From Longimicrobiales bacterium (GTDB lineage Bacteria > Gemmatimonadota > Gemmatimonadetes > Longimicrobiales > RSA9), in assembly GCA_036381495.1 (NCBI GenBank), contig DASVCS010000015.1, positions 5,687-69,686 on the forward strand: a DNA stretch of 64,000 nt. The letters run 5' to 3'. The position numbers and the translations under genes are program-made. Under the pieces are notes generated by a model. The model saw only the letters and a program-made list of their open reading frames with translations. It did not search any database and was not told the origin of the DNA. Shown here one piece after another: positions 61,692-64,000 of the stretch (position 1 is the first letter of the stretch; each line of letters opens with the position of its first letter).

Positions 61692-62711
61692 TCAGTTCAA
61701 TCGGTCGAGCAATGCCGATGCATTGCCGGAGAGGAGCACGTACTCGCGTGTGGTGAAGATCCCCTGAGCGGCTGACCGGTCCAGCCCTCTCAGGTAGGCA
61801 TCGATCTGCGCTCGGCCCGGTATCCGCCGGCCCGCCCGGAGCTGTCGCTCGGCGTTGGCCAGATGTGATGCCAGGGCCGTACACTGTCCGAAACGCGCGC
61901 CTTGCGCCTCGTCATCGCAGACCATCCTGTGCAATCTCTGCAACGCCGCGAGCATTGCCAGGTCCGAAAGCGCGGAACGAGCCGCCTCCAACGGTGCCCG
62001 GTATCGCTGTGCGGCGCCCTGTATGAACGACCACCGGTCGTGGGCGATCGTGTCGTTCTCTGCCAGTGAGGCCACGACGGGAGTCCATTCGGGCAGCACA
62101 ACCTCTCCGACCGTTTCGACGAACGCGTAGCGCGAGTTCGGAACAGAATCGAAAGCCGCAACGAAGAGGCGCCGGTCGATGATTCTTCGTTGTGTCTCGG
62201 TGAGGCGGATCTCGCCGTTCCGGTCGGCAAGCAGCATTTCGCCAAGCGTCGGAACGATATCGGAGCGGAGCGGCCAGTGCTCACGCCACGCCTCTTCCAG
62301 CGCCGGCAGGGCGCGGTCGGGGTGTCGCGCCAGGAAGCGACGAGCGCCGACGCTGACATCGATTCCGAGAAAGGCGAGTGGGCGCACCGCATCCGGATCG
62401 CCGGTCCGCAACACGAGGAGCACCACATCGATCAGGTACTCACCGTATCCCTCTCCTACGGGTCCTTCGGCGTTCCACGTCTCATCGACTTCCCGGGCGA
62501 GCAGATCGATAGCCGCAGCGGCATATCCGGCCGGAAGATCCGCGTCGGACATCTGGTTCAGCGCCGCTACCGCCGCCGACCGCACCACCCAGTCCGGATC
62601 AGCCAGCTTCGCGACGAGGGTGTCACTCCCCTGGCCCCGCAGTGGACGGGGGAGGATGAGGAGGAAAGCGATCAATAGGAACGCCCTGTGTCGCTGCGCC
62701 AAGTACGCCAT
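61692..62711 (-). CDS. Secreted alpha-helical protein with an N-terminal HEAT-like repeat, unknown function
   Basis: ORF 61692..63056(-), trimmed to the ATG at 62711. Signal MAYLAQRHRAFLLIAFLLILPRPLRGQ. LADPDWVVRSAAVAALNQM is HEAT-like. The C-terminal helical segment is ALASHLANAERQLRAGRRIPGRAQIDAYLRGLDRSAAQGIFTTREYVLLSGNASALLDRL. Confidence 0.55.
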   Translation of the reverse strand: MAYLAQRHRAFLLIAFLLILPRPLRGQGSDTLVAKLADPDWVVRSAAVAALNQMSDADLPAGYAAAAIDLLAREVDETWNAEGPVGEGYGEYLIDVVLLVLRTGDPDAVRPLAFLGIDVSVGARRFLARHPDRALPALEEAWREHWPLRSDIVPTLGEMLLADRNGEIRLTETQRRIIDRRLFVAAFDSVPNSRYAFVETVGEVVLPEWTPVVASLAENDTIAHDRWSFIQGAAQRYRAPLEAARSALSDLAMLAALQRLHRMVCDDEAQGARFGQCTALASHLANAERQLRAGRRIPGRAQIDAYLRGLDRSAAQGIFTTREYVLLSGNASALLDRLN

Positions 62712-63086
62712 CTCGTCGATTCCTCCGGGTTGCGGGGCAGAGATTGACGTTCCGGACGTCCAGATGAGCACATCTCCGTTCCATAAAGGATCGGCACATG
62801 CCCCGCCGCCGTTCAATCCCCGGCTGCGGCGCCGTGTCCAGTACAGGTTCCGCTGCAAGGCTGCTTCGCGAGTCCCTGATTGCGGCGGAAATGTTTGGAA
62901 GTCGACTGAGTGCGACACCTTCGCCGGCGCTCGTGCCGAACTGCTCCTCGCCCTCCTGGCCACCGACGTGCTGGCCGGCGGCGCCCACCTGCTCGGCCGA
63001 AACGAGCAGGCGGGAATCAGGTGCGAGCGATTCCGCACCGTCGTCCCAGAGTGCACTGCGCGCGTGCTGCTGAGGTGCCTCGCGCC

Positions 63087-64000
63087 TCACCCCACCACCG
63101 CCGCCGCCCCCACCCGCGCGCACACCCGCATCCCCGGCGCCAGCCCAAGCCGGTCGCAGGCGCGACGCGGGATGCGGGCGAGGAGCGGCATGCCGGCCCG
63201 GCTCTCACGGCCTCCAGCGCCGCCGTCTTCACCGCCACCGTCATCAGGCTCACCGTCGTCACGGACGCCCACACTACCCTCGCCGCCCTGTCCGCCACCC
63301 CCATCCCCTTCGCCGCCCCCGCTGCCTCCGTCGTCCCCCACACCCTCTCCCCCGCCATCGCCGCACACCAACCGCACCACCGCCTCCCCCGCCCCGACCT
63401 CCTCGATCCCGACGATCCGCGCAGCGAACTGGTTCAGGATGCTCGAGGCCGCATCCGCCGCGAGCCCGATGCTCACGTCCGCCGCGCGCACCTCGACGCG
63501 GACCCGCCGGCCGGGCGCGTGCCGCTGCCGCGGCAGCCACAGGGGGCCCCACGGCGCGTCGAGCCGCGTGAGGCCGTAGGCGTCGTCGTGTTCCCGCACG
63601 ACGGCGTCGACGACGACGGCGGCCTCCGGACCGCGCCAGCGGGCGAAGTCGGCGCGTGCCAGCACATCGGCCGGCGCGCCGGCGGCTCGCACGCGCCCGG
63701 CCACGAGCCACACGAGCCGGTCGGCGAGCCGGACGACCTCGGCGAGCGAGTGGCTGACGTAGAGGATCGGGACGCGCAGCCGCGCCGGCAGCATCTCGAG
63801 GTACGGCAGGATCTCGCCGCGGCCGGTCTCGTCGAGCGCGGAGAGCGGCTCGTCCATGAGCAGCAGCCGCGGGCTGGCGAGGAGCGCGCGCGCGATCGCG
63901 ACGCGTTGGCGCTCGCCGCCGGAGAGCGCGCCGGTCGTCCGGTCGAGCAGAGGCTCGAGGCCCAGCCAGGCGATCGCCTCGTCCCACGCGATGCGCCGCG
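63087..64000 (-). CDS. modC: Molybdate ABC transporter ATP-binding protein, partial (5' end beyond the right edge), with a low-complexity insertion in the TOBE domain
   Basis: Reverse translation to the window edge gives ...LSGGERQRVAIARALLASPRLLLMDEPLSALD (signature plus Walker B), then ILYVSHS (H-loop). The TOBE-type C-terminus is (RVEVRAADVSI...ILNQFAARIVGIEE...PLLARIPRRACDRLGLAPGMRVCARV). Confidence 0.8.
   Translation of the reverse strand, partial: RRIAWDEAIAWLGLEPLLDRTTGALSGGERQRVAIARALLASPRLLLMDEPLSALDETGRGEILPYLEMLPARLRVPILYVSHSLAEVVRLADRLVWLVAGRVRAAGAPADVLARADFARWRGPEAAVVVDAVVREHDDAYGLTRLDAPWGPLWLPRQRHAPGRRVRVEVRAADVSIGLAADAASSILNQFAARIVGIEEVGAGEAVVRLVCGDGGGEGVGDDGGSGGGEGDGGGGQGGEGSVGVRDDGEPDDGGGEDGGAGGRESRAGMPLLARIPRRACDRLGLAPGMRVCARVGAAAVVG

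Noticed and set aside
1-64000. tRNA, rRNA, tmRNA, RNase P and SRP RNA genes; IS elements or integrases.
   Set aside because: I scanned by eye for T-loop-like GGTTCGAATCC motifs and for transposase or integrase-like ORFs and found none. A proper tRNAscan/Infernal run is still advisable.

Overview
This is a very GC-rich (about 70% by eye) bacterial chromosomal segment, densely coding on both strands with about 52 protein genes. I could not recognise any rRNA, tRNA, CRISPR array, transposase or phage gene.

Gene content:
- An RND efflux operon (TetR, TolC-like, adaptor, RND pump).
- speA, a split L-serine dehydratase, Kup, leuS and folE.
- A radical-SAM DNA-repair-type gene.
- Many secreted hydrolases: S9 peptidase, GGT, an M16 pair, M1, an amidohydrolase, a PF10023-like aminopeptidase and an L,D-transpeptidase.
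- Two BlaI/BlaR1(M56) modules.
- PadR, GntR and XRE regulators, a LytS/LytTR pair and two orphan sensor kinases.
- A partial modC at the right edge.

The Acidobacteria-type PadR, the BlaR1-TonB fusion and the peptidase-rich content suggest a Gemmatimonadota/Acidobacteriota-like host. That is inference only.

The most unusual signals are non-genic:
1. A G-rich, hexamer-periodic repeat family occurs at four loci. It combines (GGGCTA/GGGCTG)n arrays, GGGAGC/GGGAAC units and (GTTTAC)2-3. It abuts or supplies stop codons, satisfies the G-quadruplex motif, and in one copy forms a 26-bp perfect-stem palindrome.
2. A second family consists of ~95-bp quasi-palindromic, MITE-like elements: three copies plus a half copy. 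Their terminal motif is TAGAGCGGTTG-N10-YCGGAG, and two of them supply the TAG stop of the upstream gene.

Other findings:
- A perfect 25-bp tandem duplication frameshifts a BlaR1(M56)-HEAT sensor gene.
- A decayed permease remnant follows PadR.
- A Gly/Asp/Glu-rich insertion sits in the ModC TOBE domain.
- A lower-GC cluster of unknown function contains an in-frame TGA.
- A TetR carries a duplicated HTH domain.

All coordinates and motifs were read by eye. No database search or computation was run.
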